From: the human T2T-CHM13v2.0 reference genome, Homo sapiens
Length of the DNA: 64,000 bases
NCBI RefSeq assembly: GCF_009914755.1
Contig: NC_060926.1
Strand: one strand, 5' to 3'
Shown here: one piece after another, positions 41,843 to 56,435 of the stretch
Numbering within the stretch: position 1 is the stretch's first letter
How the letters are laid out: the number at the start of each line of letters is the position of its first letter
Notes under the pieces: model-generated
Seen by the model: the letters and a program-made list of their open reading frames with translations, nothing else
The model's database searches: none
What the model was told of the DNA's origin: nothing
Translations under genes and position numbers: made by a program

Positions 41843-44800
41843 GGCCACCATATTTCTTATTAAACATAGGCCATCAGATTAATCTCTTTCCACTATTGCC
41901 AAAGATCTCCTACATGGAGCATAAATCTTTGGAGAATGAAAACTGAGCCAGCTTCTGCTTTACCAGCCACTGTCTGACTAAGGATTGGGAATCCAAGACC
42001 GTGATCCCATTTTTCTTCATCTCAGTAGGGACAAGGGCTACCCATTGCCACACAGACAGCCCTCCAGTGCTCAGCAATGGAAGATGAACAGGGGGCTCTA
42101 GAGGCAGAAAAAGGTGAACCCAGTGCTTTTGAAGATGCTAGAAAAATAGGACAAATGTTAACAAAATAGAAAACTCTCCTTTAAACTCTTTAAAAAACAA
42201 CTCCTGGAAAATCTATACTTTCATATCTACAAAGAGTATGGAACACACACAATGCCGCTGAAGAGTCTGACCTTTTCTCAGCACTAAAAAGGTGACATCT
42301 CACTCTTCTAAATTCTCATAGCATTTTGTGTCTGCCTCTCAATGACACAGATCCTTGTCTCCCTGAATTAAGGTTTGTACTTTTACAATGGGCTCTTTCC
42401 CCATATCTACTCTGTAAGCTCTGTGAAGAAAAAATCTGGGCCCAGCTCACTTTTGGATCCTCCTAAAACATGAGCACAGAATAAATGATCATGTGACCTA
42501 AAATGAAAGGCCAAGAAATCAGTTGGTATCATGCACATAATACAATGTTCAGGATGTCTGTCACAGACCCTAACTTGGCCTCCAGACAAAGATTGAAGTA
42601 TCTCACTAACATTTATCCCCTAATTTTCTTAGCCTATGCTGGTATAAACTTAATGCAAACTATAATGTCTATTTCCAAAGTTGCTTTCCTAAGCTGGTTG
42701 TTCCATGATATCACATGCCTGTCAGGTTGTACTAAAATCCAACATCGGCTAATGAATTTCACTTGATTGCAGCGACAGCCTCAGAGCCAATTCCCAGAGA
42801 TATGGTTACCCAGTAAATCAGGAACTGCATGTTTCCTTGCGGTTCAGAAGGGTGCTGACTTGGATTTTACCTAAAGCAAACTTGTGGGAAAAACTGGGCT
42901 CTCTGAAATATTCTGATTTACAACAGAAGAGCTGGCAGCTCTTTTTCCAGGACCTCACAACCAAGTTTTACTCCACTACCAACACCTAACTTGATTCTTT
43001 GTCTCTAATTTAATAAGAAGTTTTCTCTTCCAAATCACTTTCAAATCCTCCAGCTGTGCTTTCCCCTGTTGCATGATAGGTACATTGCCTTCTGATTGAA
43101 TTATCACCCTATTTATCTATTTTTCTATATTAAAGTCTGGTTAGCTGTTCTCTTTCCAATGCCCTGGGGTCCAGCTTCTTCCTTGGCAGAGCCTACCATT
43201 ACTTTCCCAGTAATAGCACTAGGTAGAGTCATTACGCTTCAATATTAAACAAGCTGTAGAAAACTTGAGTTTCTTCTACAAAAGAGAAATGAAATCTTGA
43301 TATACCTATAAAAACACAGTGTTTTTCAGTTCCATTCCTGTTTGTTACATTTTATTGCACATTAATACATGCAAAATAAGCTCTCAAAAGAAAAACTGTG
43401 GCTTAGTGAGTGTTAAAAATGACAAAGAACAAGACTAATTGAACCCCACGAGGGACCTGAAGATAATTTTAAATGATAAATTCTCTGCCTCCTCTCCTTA
43501 TTACTTAAGGAAAAGCTGGTGCACATGATGGAGGTGAGAGTGGGGAAGCAGTGAGCCTGAAATAAAAATTTCCAAAAGGTTATCTGCACGGGAAGTTCCC
43601 TTACAGCAGCACTGATTGTATTTGCTCCTCACTGGACCAGCCAATAGATCCACTTCGATATGTACATCACTGTCACTGAACATCAGAGATGCACTGCTAA
43701 CCTTCCCCAAGAAAAAAGCATGAATTCCCCTGGCTTGGAAGGAACTGTCCGAGAGTCTCTCCATCTTTGGGTCTGATGCCAACTGTAAGGGATGATTGAG
43801 CAAGGGTCTCAATCCTGATAGACTCTCAATTAATGGTCTGTGGCCTCATGGGGCATTACAAGGATCTGTGCTCATCCCTTTGGCCTCTGGTCTCCAGGAC
43901 AGTCTGTATTGCCAGCTCAGACTCTGGATGGTCCACAACTCACAGAAGAAGAGAACTAAGGAGATAGCCAAGTAATTACCACAAAAGATGTTGAAGGGGA
44001 ATTATTTTGTACTAAATTACTCTATCCTTGTAAATGAATGGGATTATTTCTGGGAAAGAAATAATAAAAGAGAGAGAGAGAGAATTATGTTTACCCAAGT
44101 GGAAAGTTTTATTTTCAGTCATAAGCTGAAGCTTCATATCCCATTAAGCAGCAAAGGGAAATAACTCTTTTAGTCTGCTCTTTTTCCTGTCAGTTTTGAT
44201 TTAAATGAAATAGAAAAAAAAAAATTAAACAGAGGCACAGGTCAAAGGATTTTAGCGTTCAAAATCAGAACACTACTATGGATTTTTGAGGCAGTCAGTT
44301 CTCCTGGAGAATAAATGTAGGTGCTATAGGAACCAGTTGACACAGCAGGGGCTTAAGCTGGGCCTCAAGATCCTCTCTCATGCTGGCTGCTAAGGCTCTG
44401 GCCCTGGCTAGAATCAGTACTGCCTCTCCTCATTCTTTCCTTGTAAAGAAGGTGAGACAATTTAATTCTTGACAGAAGACTCCACAGAGTGAGGAGAGTC
44501 TTCCCACATGAGGCTGGAAGGCTAAGTGGTGGGAATAGGAAAGCTCCACAGTGCGTTAGAGTCAATCAGGCATCTACCTCTGTGGATGAGGCAACTCCAC
44601 CTCCCACCACAAACCTGCATCTGTTAGGGAAAACACCAGAAAGCAGGTTAGGAGAAATTTGGTAGCAGCAGCAACAGAAGCTAGAATAGGCAGAACACAA
44701 AGATTCTCTAAAATGAAGGGCTTCCGGAAGCCTGGCACAATAGGATTTCACTATAAATGCGAGTTACCTCAGAACTCACCATCCCCCTTCCACCTGGTTC

Positions 44801-46045
44801 AGAAAGAACACCACCGGGGTCTATGCTGGTAGCATTTTCCTTCCCTCTGAGCCCTTAAGAATGGAAATCTCCGGTAAAATATTTCAATAGCAATGGTCCA
44901 GAGAATATGCACTCCCAAAATGATTATGATACCATTGGCTTTAGTTCAATTTCTTAGGGGTTCCTGATCAATATCATGGTGAAAAAAAACTTAACACTCA
45001 GAGAGAAGAAAATTCTATAAGTAATTCCACCAACTTATTTCCACGATGGTAGTATTAGCCCATAAAGACAGTGTATTTTCAAATAAATTTTGTGATCTTT
45101 TCCCTTAGGGTGTTACCCAGCTGAGTAAATTAAACACCTTCTCAAACTCCTTCTCTTCATCTCTTGTCTTTTCTCAAGGGCTGTTCCTTCTCAGTCTTTG
45201 ATATGTTGTTCACCTTGTTCCTACCTATCTTGTCAGGCACTTCCTCTGTGGTTTCAAACATTTCATGCATCATTGCTGCCTACATCTTTTTCTCATATTT
45301 TTTGCCTACTAGGCCTCAAATCATTTTTTTTACTGCAATATTTCATGGCCTTCACATTTCATACAAAATTTGCAATATATTTCAATTTTCTTTACAATTA
45401 CACTATGCCTCACACTTCTTAGGACCCCGAGTAGAGATCCTTTTCTGAAAAAATCTCCCATGAAAAGAAGGCAAGGAAAATAAAATTGTACGTCATCATC
45501 ATGAAGCCAGTGTGGATAACAGGATGATTCTAGAAGATCTTATACTGACCAAGGATATAAAGATGTGATGTTTTGGGTCAAAGATGAAGACAAACAGGTC
45601 TGCACAGATGCAGTTAACCTGCAAAGGAGAGAGTTTGTCTTTCTTCAACATGATTAGCATTTTATTCCTTAGGATCAATCTCAAAGCCTATACTACCAAC
45701 CAAGAGTTAAATTCTTTTTAAAAGACGGTCTTCAAGGTTAGCAGACGTTGAGATAAAAATAAATTATAACTCAAGGAGAGGTGAAAATCAAGAGATCTTT
45801 AGCACAGAAGAAGGAGATGTGTTTTTAACTGAGTTTTGAAGCCATATGGAGAGCTGATGAGGTGGAGAAATGTAAGCAGGATTTTTTTTTCCAGATGGTG
45901 GGCACTTGAGTTGAAGAGCTGAATTTTGTAGAGGCCAAAGACCCAGGGAAAAAGGATTTTGAGGCTGCAGAAAATTGATTCTCAAGGTCGAAGGAAATGA
46001 AGTATTCAGTTGTGAATGAGAGTCTAAAAAATGGAAGATCTAGGC

Positions 46046-46073
46046 AAAAAAAAAATATATATATATATATGTG

Positions 46074-46110
<37 letters not shown>
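46046..46110. repeat. Compound (A)n(TA)n(CA)n microsatellite
   Basis: Directly visible. Confidence 0.95.
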
Positions 46111-46113
<3 letters not shown>

Positions 46114-46282
46114 ACATGTGGAGCAAGCTGGTGGTTTCCAAAAAATTTCTCAGTAGTGTGTGTGTAAAATTAAAAGGATATAAGGAAAACTCACTGATGC
46201 AACAACAAATTCCATGTGCTCTTTTGGAACAAAGAAAGAGTGATCTACACACAGAAAGCATACTTCAGTGGAAGCAGAGAGA

Positions 46283-46465
46283 ATTAGTACTCCTCAAAAT
46301 GTGATCCCTAAACTACCTGCATTTGAATCACCTGGAATATTTCTTTAAAATTCTGAATTCCAGGGTCTGATCCATTTCCTTTTAAAAACAAAATCTTTGT
46401 TGGGGCATAATTTTTTAAAGTTCACCAGGTGATTCTTCTGGTAGTGAATGTATGGACTGCCAATG
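46283..46465. mobile_element. MER5-family hAT MITE
   Basis: 'ctcaaaatgtgatccc...gcatttgaatcacctggaa...caccaggtgattctt'. Confidence 0.65.
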
Positions 46466-46755
46466 ACAAATGTCCTGCAGACAGACCCATGTGCAAGTGA
46501 CACACAGGAGTGCTCGTGGTGTTCCTCCAACTCGCCATGGGTAGTGAAGGACATTAAAATATATTTAACAATGGGAACAAAACTTAAATGCTAAAAAATG
46601 ATTACTTGAATGAATACTATCACATAAATGAACTACAATGCTTCCATTAACAAGGCTGATTATATATGATGAGGGTTCTGAATAATTTCATATTCTACTT
46701 ATTTGATGGTTAAACAGATGATACTTTCTGATATTAAGGCTTTGTTTGTTTGTTT

Positions 46756-47275
46756 TGTAGGGAATGAAAAATTGCTTTCCTCTACCTTTCTAGGTTCTTC
46801 GGCTGGTCTACAAGTTAAATTGACATAAGAACAATAACTTTATGTATGTACACATGCTCAGGAGTCCCACAAAAATATGAGACTCAGTGAAGTGGTCTGA
46901 TGACTGAGGTTTATATAGCATCCTTAACCACAGAAAGACATAGGGGATTGGGGCATCTAGGGTGGTGAAGACAAACTATGGGAGGTTGAGACGACATTAA
47001 GTATGATAATAAATGTTGCCTTGTTTATGCAGATAAAAGTCTCTCAGGTGACAAATGTCTCAGAGTAGCCTCTTTCTCTAGTCCAGATAACTTTACTAAT
47101 TAACACTTCCTTTGTACATGTAAATTTCTCTTTACAAAATAGGAGTTGTATATTTTAGACAGTTTAGAAGGAGATGAAGAACTTCTACGTTGGCTGGCTC
47201 TAAATTTCTTTTATCTCAAAGTAACCAATAGGCCAAAACAGCATTTATTGTGGTGGTGTGTCCTGAGCCCCAACA
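46756..47275 (-). mobile_element. ERV1-class solo LTR (MER34/MER39-like)
   Basis: TG...CA termini with a 4-bp TSD GTTT; ends 'ctcaaagtaaccaataggccaaaacagcatttattgtggtggtgtgtcctgagccccaaca'. Confidence 0.75.
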
Positions 47276-48441
47276 GTTTGAAACTGATATTCCTTCTAAG
47301 AACAGAGTGACCATGGTATATTTATGTTTGGGTCACTGTGGATCTTGTAGATTTTTATGTAATCACTGGGGACAAAATGTTTTACTGTTGATTACATGGA
47401 TACTGAAAAAGCACAAGATTTGGAAGACTATATACTTACTCTATGACAGACCAGAAAATTTCCTTTTAAAGATTTTTTCTGTGTTTTGTTTGCTTTTTAT
47501 TATTCTTAGTTTTTAGTTTTCTTGCCTCTTACAAAAGTAAACAAAAGGGACATTTAAAACTCTGAAAATATTTAATAAAACTCTTTTAAGGAACTGTAGA
47601 TTATAGATATTGTTTTGTATATTTCCAGCAAGTTTCTTTGTGTTAAGATTTCCCCTAAAGTCTATTACTGAGCTGATACGCTGTTCATAAAGGCCATTCT
47701 AAGTCAAAGGGTAATGGTTGAAAATTCTTTGCACTGATTCATTGTAAAATGGAAAATGTAAAAATACTTCCTTTTCATGAAGACAAATTGCATTTTTAAA
47801 TTCTCCTAATGAAGCAGCATTCATCAATGCTTGCTCATTTGTCTTTGCAGGGGGAGTTCTGGGGCACAGATAAGAAGATTAATGTCTCTGAACTTTTCAA
47901 CACATTGAGTTCAGTCATGGTCCTTCCCTAGCGAGCAAAATTAAGTCAATATCATTACTAACTTTCTCAGTAACATTTTTAGACTTACATTATGTTTCTA
48001 TCTATTCTTTCTTTTCAGACTCAGAGGGTCTACCCTGATACCACAGCTTATGTTTGTAATTTGCCAAGAATATGATTTTAATTTCTTTCATCTTGATGAA
48101 AAAAGTTGTGGCAAAAGGGGATGAGATAATAATATACAAAGCTAATAAGGCTTGAGGGTTTTAAATAATAAGAAAGAAGGCACATTCTTTGTTACCTTAA
48201 AAAATCATTCATTTACCAAACATTGACTACCCTAAGCTATGCATTGAAGGAGGCTCTGAAGAAGCAAAGATAAATAATAAACTAGTCTTTCTGCAAGACT
48301 CAAAATTATTGGAGGGGGACAGCCAAGAAAACAACTATATTATCTGTGTGAAGGAAACAGCACTATTCAATGGAAGGAATTAGAAAAGTACTTAAAGGGG
48401 ACAGTCATTTGGTTAGTAAATGCCAAATAAGGTTTAAGTAT

Positions 48442-48815
48442 TGTACTGGGTTTAACAGTCCCCCCTCAAAAAAAATTCATATTCATCAGTAATTTGTGAA
48501 TGTGACCTTGTTTGGAAATAAGTCTTTGCAGATGTAATGAAGTTAAGATAAAGTCATTCTGAATTAGGGTGGGCTGTAATGCAATGACTGGTATCCTTAT
48601 AAAAAAGGCAAGTTTGGACACAGAGACACACAGAGAATACCATGTGTTGATGGAAGTAGAGATTGCAGTGATGCTTCTTCAACTAGGAAACTCCTTTGAA
48701 AGCCTTCAGAAACAGTATGTCATGCCTGACACCTTGACTGAAGACTTTTTGCCTTAAGTTTCTTTTTAGCCATCCAGTTTGCAATACTTTGCTCCCAGCC
48801 TGTCTGAGAAAATGA
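48442..48815 (+). mobile_element. MLT1B-like MaLR solo LTR
   Basis: 'gaatgtgaccttgtttggaaataagtctttgcagatgtaat...aatgactggtatccttataa'. Confidence 0.85.
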
Positions 48816-49277
48816 ATACAGGTATATATGACAATTCCATATATACCATGCCATATTTGGGGGAAAAAGAATTATCTAAAAACTGAAATATTGAGATTAA
48901 CATGGAAGGCATTCTCAGGAAATGTGGCCTGAAAGTCAACTTGATGCAGAAGATTAAAAAAGTCATGTGCAGGGCTGATATTCATCTAGTACAACCAAAA
49001 TGGAGCACTGACTGTGATTCTCATTTATTTATTGGTACCCATAAATTATAAATTACTAAATAATTCTAGGTTTTCTTCTTATATATATGGCATAGTAAAC
49101 AGTGTACACTTTAAATTGGAAGCAAATGAAAGCACTGGAAATAGTTTATAATGAGGCAGCAAAAAAGCAGAACTTTTTTTTGTTTGTTTGTTTTTGTTTT
49201 TTTGGGTTTTTCATAAAAATTATTCTAAATGGCCTATGTAGGCAGACAGGAAGGAGTGGATTAAAAGACGATAGGCA

Positions 49278-49839
49278 TTTGGGTTGGTTCCAAGTCTTTG
49301 CTATTGCAAATAGTGCTGTAGTAAACATACGTGTGCATGTGTGTTTATAGTAGAATGATTTGTAATCCTTTGGGTATATACCCAGTAATGGGATTGCTAG
49401 GTCAAATGGTAATCACCACACTGCTCATCAATAATAGACTGGATAAAGAAAATGTGGCACATATATATCATGGAATACTATGCGGCCATAAAAAAGAATG
49501 AGTTCATGTCCTTTGCAGGGACATGGATGAAGTTGGAAGCCATTATTCTCAGCAAACTAACAGAAACAGAAAACCAAACACCGCATGTTCTCACTCATAA
49601 GTGGCAGTTGAACAATGAGAACACATGGACACAGGGAGGGGACTATCACATACTGGGGCCTGTCTGGGGGTAGGGGGCAAGGGGAGGAAGAGCATTAGGA
49701 CAAATATTTAATGCATGCAGGGCTTAAAACCTAGATGATGGGTTGATGGGTGCAACAAACCACCATGGGCATGTATAGCTATGTAACAAACCTGCATGTT
49801 CTGCACATGTATCCCAGAACTTAAAGTTGAAAAAAAAAG
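49278..49839 (+). mobile_element. 5'-truncated, 5'-inverted L1PA (about L1PA7-8)
   Basis: Antisense L1 segment at 49278-49423 joined to the sense 3' end and poly(A). TSD aaaagacgataggca / aaaagactacaggca. Confidence 0.92.
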
Positions 49840-51844
49840 AAAAGACTACAGGCAGAGAGATAAGACAGGAGGACATTACCATGGTTCTGGTGAAAGACTA
49901 AAGTAGATAATTAAGAAGTACCACTTTCAGTAACAATGGACTAGCTTGTATGAGACTAAACTTTCCACAAAAATTTTAGTTAAGATGAAAAAGAAAACAA
50001 CACTGAAATCATTGGAGAAAAATAAAAAGTGGCAGAAATTGGAAGGAATTTGATCTTTAAATGGAAAACTTTAAACTCTTTGAGATCCACATTAAACCAA
50101 CTTTTCCCCTCAGGGCTTCTCCTGTTCACATTACATGGTCAATAAAGCTCAAGCCAAAAGTGATGCTCTTAATCTGGTGGAGAGTAAGGAAAGTGCTTCA
50201 AAAGAGATGGAAAATTGAAGGAAGCATTGGAAAAGTAAACAGCTACAAGGGGAGCCCCACATTCTGCATTCAAATGCCACTCAAATCTTGACTGAATTCT
50301 GTTCTAGATATGCACAAGGCAAGAGCAGAAACCAAGTTTCAAATCAGAGGAATTCGAAGATTTGGAAAGATGAAAGAGCTGAGCAGAGATTTTCAGCAGC
50401 TCCTCAGCTGGGGAGAAAAATTTCGGAGATCAAGTCTTACCAAATTAGGGGTGATAGCTAAGCAACTTAGGCTTACTCTTAAAATCTAAGAAAAGCAATG
50501 CCATAAAAGTAAAATAATGTCCCAGGACTAAGGGCTACACTCTGCGAGTAGGTACAAAATTGAAGTCACAAAGTCTATATCTAAGCCTTCTTAGCATCAA
50601 GATGCCCTACGAGTAATTTAATTTCCTACTAAAATAAAACTCAAAAATATACAAATATTAACAGAATCCAGAGTGTCCACATTTCAGACATAGTATCTAA
50701 TGTACAATAAAAATTACTATATATGCCGTGAAGCAGGAAAAGGTAAAAGGTAATCTATATTTAAGAGAAAAAATTGCCCGAAGAAGACATAAAAATGACC
50801 CACATCCTAAAATTAGCGAAAAAGACATTAGTATGTTAATGTTTAATAAAATATTTTCAAAAAAATGATTTAATAGATGAAGAAATGAAGAATTTTATAA
50901 ATATGTAAAGAAAAACCAAATGAAAATCCTAGCACTAAAAAAATACATCTGACATAAAAAATTCTGTGAATGGAGTTAGAAGTAGAATAGACATAGCAGG
51001 TATAGAAACAGTAAATTTACTGATAAATCAATGGAAATTCTCCAGTAAAAACGATTGACAGAAGAAAGAACTAAAACAATAAACAAAGTCTTGATAATCT
51101 GTGGGCCAATATCAAGAGCTCTAACATACATATAATGAAAGTCTCAAAAGAAAAGAAAAGAGATAATGAGGCAGAAAAAATATATTAAAAATACTGACTG
51201 AAATTTATCCAAATTTGAATAAAATGATCAACCAATAGATCTAAGAATCTCAGAAAACCACAAGCAGATACATATGAGAGAAACCACACCTTAGCATATT
51301 ATTCTCAAACTCCTAAAAACCAAAAGTGATGAAAAAATTATAAGAGCAACCAAAGGAACAAAGATAAGAATGACGGCTGATTTCTTATTAGAAAAAAATA
51401 GAAAAAGAAGCTGATGGAATAAAATATTTAACATGCTGATTGAATAAAACTTAGAATTCTATACCCAGTGAAAATATTCTTCAATGTTATTTTAAAGGAA
51501 GAAATAAAGAAGGAAAAAGGGCAAGAGACAAATAGAAAAAAGCATCAATATGGCAGACTTAGATCCAAACATATTAATAAGTTCATTCCATCAAATAAGC
51601 GAATCCCTTATCGAGTCAAACTGGATAAAAATTCCAGATCCAGTATATCTAAATATATTAAATATAAAGATACATATAGGTAGAATGTAAAAGAGTAGAA
51701 AATACAAAGTTCAAACATCAAGCTGAATAAAGCTTGAATACCTCTAACAATATGAGTCTTCAAGGAAAGAAGTATCCCTGGAAATATAGAAAGGCATTTC
51801 ATAAGAATTAAAGTGCCAGCTGGTCAAGAAAACACCACAATACT

Positions 51845-52673
<829 letters not shown>

Positions 52674-53025
52674 ATACTTAATGAATGTAAAGCTAATGAT
52701 GGATCTTCAAAATACATAAAGGAAAAATTAAAAAAGAAAATAAATAAATTCTAAAGAGAGAGATAAGTATAGAGATTTCAACCCTCTTTTTTTCAGTAAT
52801 TGATAGACAAAATGTTCAGTGAGGATAAAAAAATATTTGAGTAGCAATAACAGTCATCTTGATTTAAGTATTTAGGCAATACTATTCTAATAACTTTGGT
52901 CACATTTAACATGAATATGGAAAGTTCAACAAAAATGATTATACACTGGGCTATAAAACAAGTCTCATTACTTTTACAAGATGGAAATTACTCAGAGTAT
53001 GTTCTCTAACAGCAGAATTAAGTTA

Positions 53026-53338
53026 CAGTCAGCCCTCCATTACCATAGGTTCTGCGTCCATGGATTCAACCAACTGCACATAGAAAATATTTTTTAGTAA
53101 AATAAAAAATAACACTATAACAATAAAAAATACAAATAAAAAACAATGCAACCATTTATATAGCATTTACATTGTATTAGGCATTATCAGTAATCTAGAT
53201 ATGATTTAAAGTATATGAGAGTTTGTGCATAAATTATATGCAAATACTGTCATTTTATATGTACCTTGAGTACCTCTGGATTTTAGTATTTGTGGGGGGT
53301 CTTGGAACCAATCTCCCATGGGTACTGAAGGGCAACTG
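53026..53338 (-). mobile_element. MER2 (TcMar-Tigger MITE)
   Basis: TIR-like ends cagtcagccctc / gaagggcaactg, TA TSD, and a MER2-type interior. Confidence 0.88.
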
Positions 53339-53670
53339 TACAATCAATAGCAATCATCACCAATGATTTTACAGGTCTAAAAATTATAAAAGTTAATATT
53401 ATTAACAGCTTTATACTAATAAAATCAACAACTTGAAATAAAAATAAATTCTCAAAAATAAGAATTTACTAAATTGGCCTCAGGCAGAAATAAAAACTAT
53501 GAATAGGGCTACATTCTTTTAAAAAATTAAATTTGTTATTAAAATCTTTTCCACAATGAAAATTCCAGGCCTACATGGCCTCAGCAATAAAATCTACCAC
53601 TATATAAATTATAAATATTACCAAGCTTACACACACTCTATCATAAAATAGAGGTGGAGAAAAAACTTCC

Positions 53671-54079
53671 TGATATAGTTTGGGTCTCTGTGAAATCTCA
53701 TGTTCAATTGTAATTCTCAGTGTTGGAGGTGAGGCCTGGTGGGAGGAGACTGGGGGTGGTTTCTCATTAATGGTTTAGCACTATCCCCTCAGTGCTATTC
53801 TCTTGATAGTGTGTAAGTGACTTACCAGCAGATCTGGTTGTTTTGAAAGTGTGTAGCACCTCCCACTTCTCTCTCTTCCTCCAGCTCCAGCCATGTGAAA
53901 TGTCCCACTCCAGCTTTGTCTTCCTCCATGACTGTAAGTTTCCTGAGGCCTCCTTAGAAACAGAAGTAGCTATGCTTCCTGCACAGCCTGCAGAACAGTG
54001 AGCCAATTGAAACTCTTTTCTTTATAAGTTACCCAGTCTCAGGTATTTCTTTATAGCAATTTGAGAACAAACTAATACA
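53671..54079 (+). mobile_element. MSTA-type MaLR solo LTR
   Basis: tgatatagtttgg...actaataca with a 5-bp TSD CTTCC. Confidence 0.92.
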
Positions 54080-55171
54080 CTTCCCAACTCACTTTATGAG
54101 GCCAGCTTAAAGCTACTATTAAAACCTAACAGAGACATGACAAGAAAAGAAAATTACAGATAAAACAAATACAAAAATATAGAAATTCAAGATAATTTGA
54201 ATACAATTAGACATTTGATGATATTAAAGAATTTATATTGTATATTGCTGGTGTTATAGTGTTCTTTTGACTGTATTTCAAAATAATTCTTATGGTAATA
54301 TGAATTATTTTGGAAATATACACCAATATAGTTTTGGGTAAAGTGGTATTAAGTTGAAATATAAATTTGATCTCTTTATCGGTCAAAAATCATCAAAGAT
54401 CAGAAATTTAACAGTTCAACCTGATATAATGTCTAGAATTGGTTTCATTATAATTGAATGAGGAAGGTAGAATGAATGTATGAGGGTAGGAAAAACAAGA
54501 ATGCTGAAATCAGAATTGTTGAATGTGGACGCACTATTTTCCCTGTGACCCTTTTCATCACATAGGAATGGTGCAGTTTGCTCTGCTTATCACTCACCAG
54601 CGTTACTGATGCTGTAGGACACCTATCAGACCCCAGGGAAATGATGTAGCACACAGGAGTCATCCCAGTTCACATAGACAGAACAATGTTACTCTGGAAG
54701 ATCAGTGTATGAAAATTGTGGATGCTTTAGTCTTAGCACTCTTCATACGACAGCCCATCCTTTGCATAACATGTAAGAGCCATTTCAATTCAGCCATTCT
54801 CTCTCATGCATTCTCTTCTGAAATTCTTAAGCAAAACGAAGTCTCTTTATAAATCACTGCACATTAGTAAATTGTTCTGAATTATACTTGAATTAGTCAA
54901 TTTTGGAAGAATGTTACACACATTATCTTTCTTGTAAAATTTGAAAAGGCATCACAAAGTGCAATCTAGTCATTGATTTATGGACTTGAATCTTTCAAAA
55001 GAGGGTTTCAGATTCACTTTGCGTCCCTGAGTTGCTCAATCTGGCATTTAGATAGGAAATATTGTCTAAATTTGTGGGAACTTTGTTCTTCATTTTTCTC
55101 TTGCTGGGACAGAGATTCATCATTAGAATATGTAAGTATAATCTCTACTCTTAACTGAAAAATCCACATAG

Positions 55172-55216
55172 AAACACACACATGCACACACACACACAGA
55201 AAGAGAGAGAGAGAGA
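55172..55216. repeat. (CA)n(GA)n microsatellite
   Basis: Directly visible. Confidence 0.85.
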
Positions 55217-55322
55217 ACTCGATACAACTTTTTCCAGCATTTCCTGCACTGAGTAAAGGATGTTCTCCTTCACATGTACTTCATGTCTGTCATAATACGT
55301 AGTACTCAGCTTCCTTGGCTTT

Positions 55323-56055
55323 TGTATCAGTCCAGGTACAATCAGGAAACAGAAACCAAATGATAATTTAAATAGGGCAGCTTAATATAAATAATTAGTA
55401 AGCTATGGATAGAATAACTGTAATAATGTAAAAAGAACTCTCAAGGGTACCCTAGAGCTGGTGGGAGTGTTCAAGGAAAGAGTAAATTGAAAGGCAGATG
55501 CCTTCCTAATGCTGCAGTTCACATCTCCTTAAGGAAGGTGTGGTTGTAGACTACTGGATGGAGAAGCTGGCTGGTTTTCCTAGCCCAACCTTGCCCACAG
55601 TTGCTGAGCAAGTAGGAATAAACTTCCAAGTGACTAGTGAGCAAACACCAGTGAGAAGACAGGCAGAGAAAGTTGGGGGCATTCCTGCAGGCACAAGGCC
55701 TGGAATGCATGGTGTTCATGTCAGGAGAACTGTAGAAAATGGTCACCAGCCTAGGTGGGGGCTGTAAGTTTTTCAAGGTACTGTGTTCCGTGTGTGTGGT
55801 GGGGACAGAGCACCCTGGAGTTCCCACACACCCGCACCACAGACAATCCTGCAGCAAGAGCAGACAGAAGCAAACACAGCAACCACAACCAGGAAGAGAA
55901 GTCCGCTTCCTCTTACAGTGTTCCTCAATGCTCTCTACTGACAAAACTTCACATTGTGCTCATCGTCAAGAAGAAACGTTTAGCCTCCAGTCCATTATCA
56001 CAGAACAGGCACTGAAGGGAAATTTGGAGCTCAGAAGTAATAACTCCGATTCTGA
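55323..56055. mobile_element. Ancient LTR relic (subfamily uncertain, possibly LTR78-like)
   Basis: 'tgtatcagtccaggtacaatcaggaaacagaaacc...ctccagtccattatcacagaacaggcactgaagggaaatttggagctcagaag'. Confidence 0.55.
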
Positions 56056-56194
56056 GTAGTGGATCTTTGGGTTTCATATATAAACATAGTCTCTCAAAAG
56101 TGAGCCAAGATTGAACAACAGTGATTTCCATGATATTCTGAGTTCCATAAAAACAGTTTTAGATCCCAGTATCACTAGATTGTTTAGGTAGAAG

Positions 56195-56435
56195 TTAATT
56201 ATTCATAGTGGACTCTGAAGTTGGGCTTCCTTGGGGTAAGTCCTGGCTGGTCCATCTTTCAGCTGTGTAGACCTTAGGCTAATCATTTATCCTCTCTGTC
56301 CTTATTTACAAGGGGGGATAATAACCCCTTTTCTTGGAGTTGTTGCAATTATTAAGTGACTTAATATGTATTAGAGCTTAGAACAGTGCCTAGCCCATAG
56401 TCAGAGGACAATAAATATTTGCATTTAATAGTATT
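56195..56435 (+). mobile_element. MIR SINE
   Basis: 'agctgtgtagaccttaggctaatcatttatcctctctgt...gagcttagaacagtgcctagcccatag'. Confidence 0.8.

Noticed and set aside
55519-56059. Overlapping 141-aa and 106-aa ORFs
   Set aside because: They lie within an LTR relic, have non-ATG starts, and show no domain signature.
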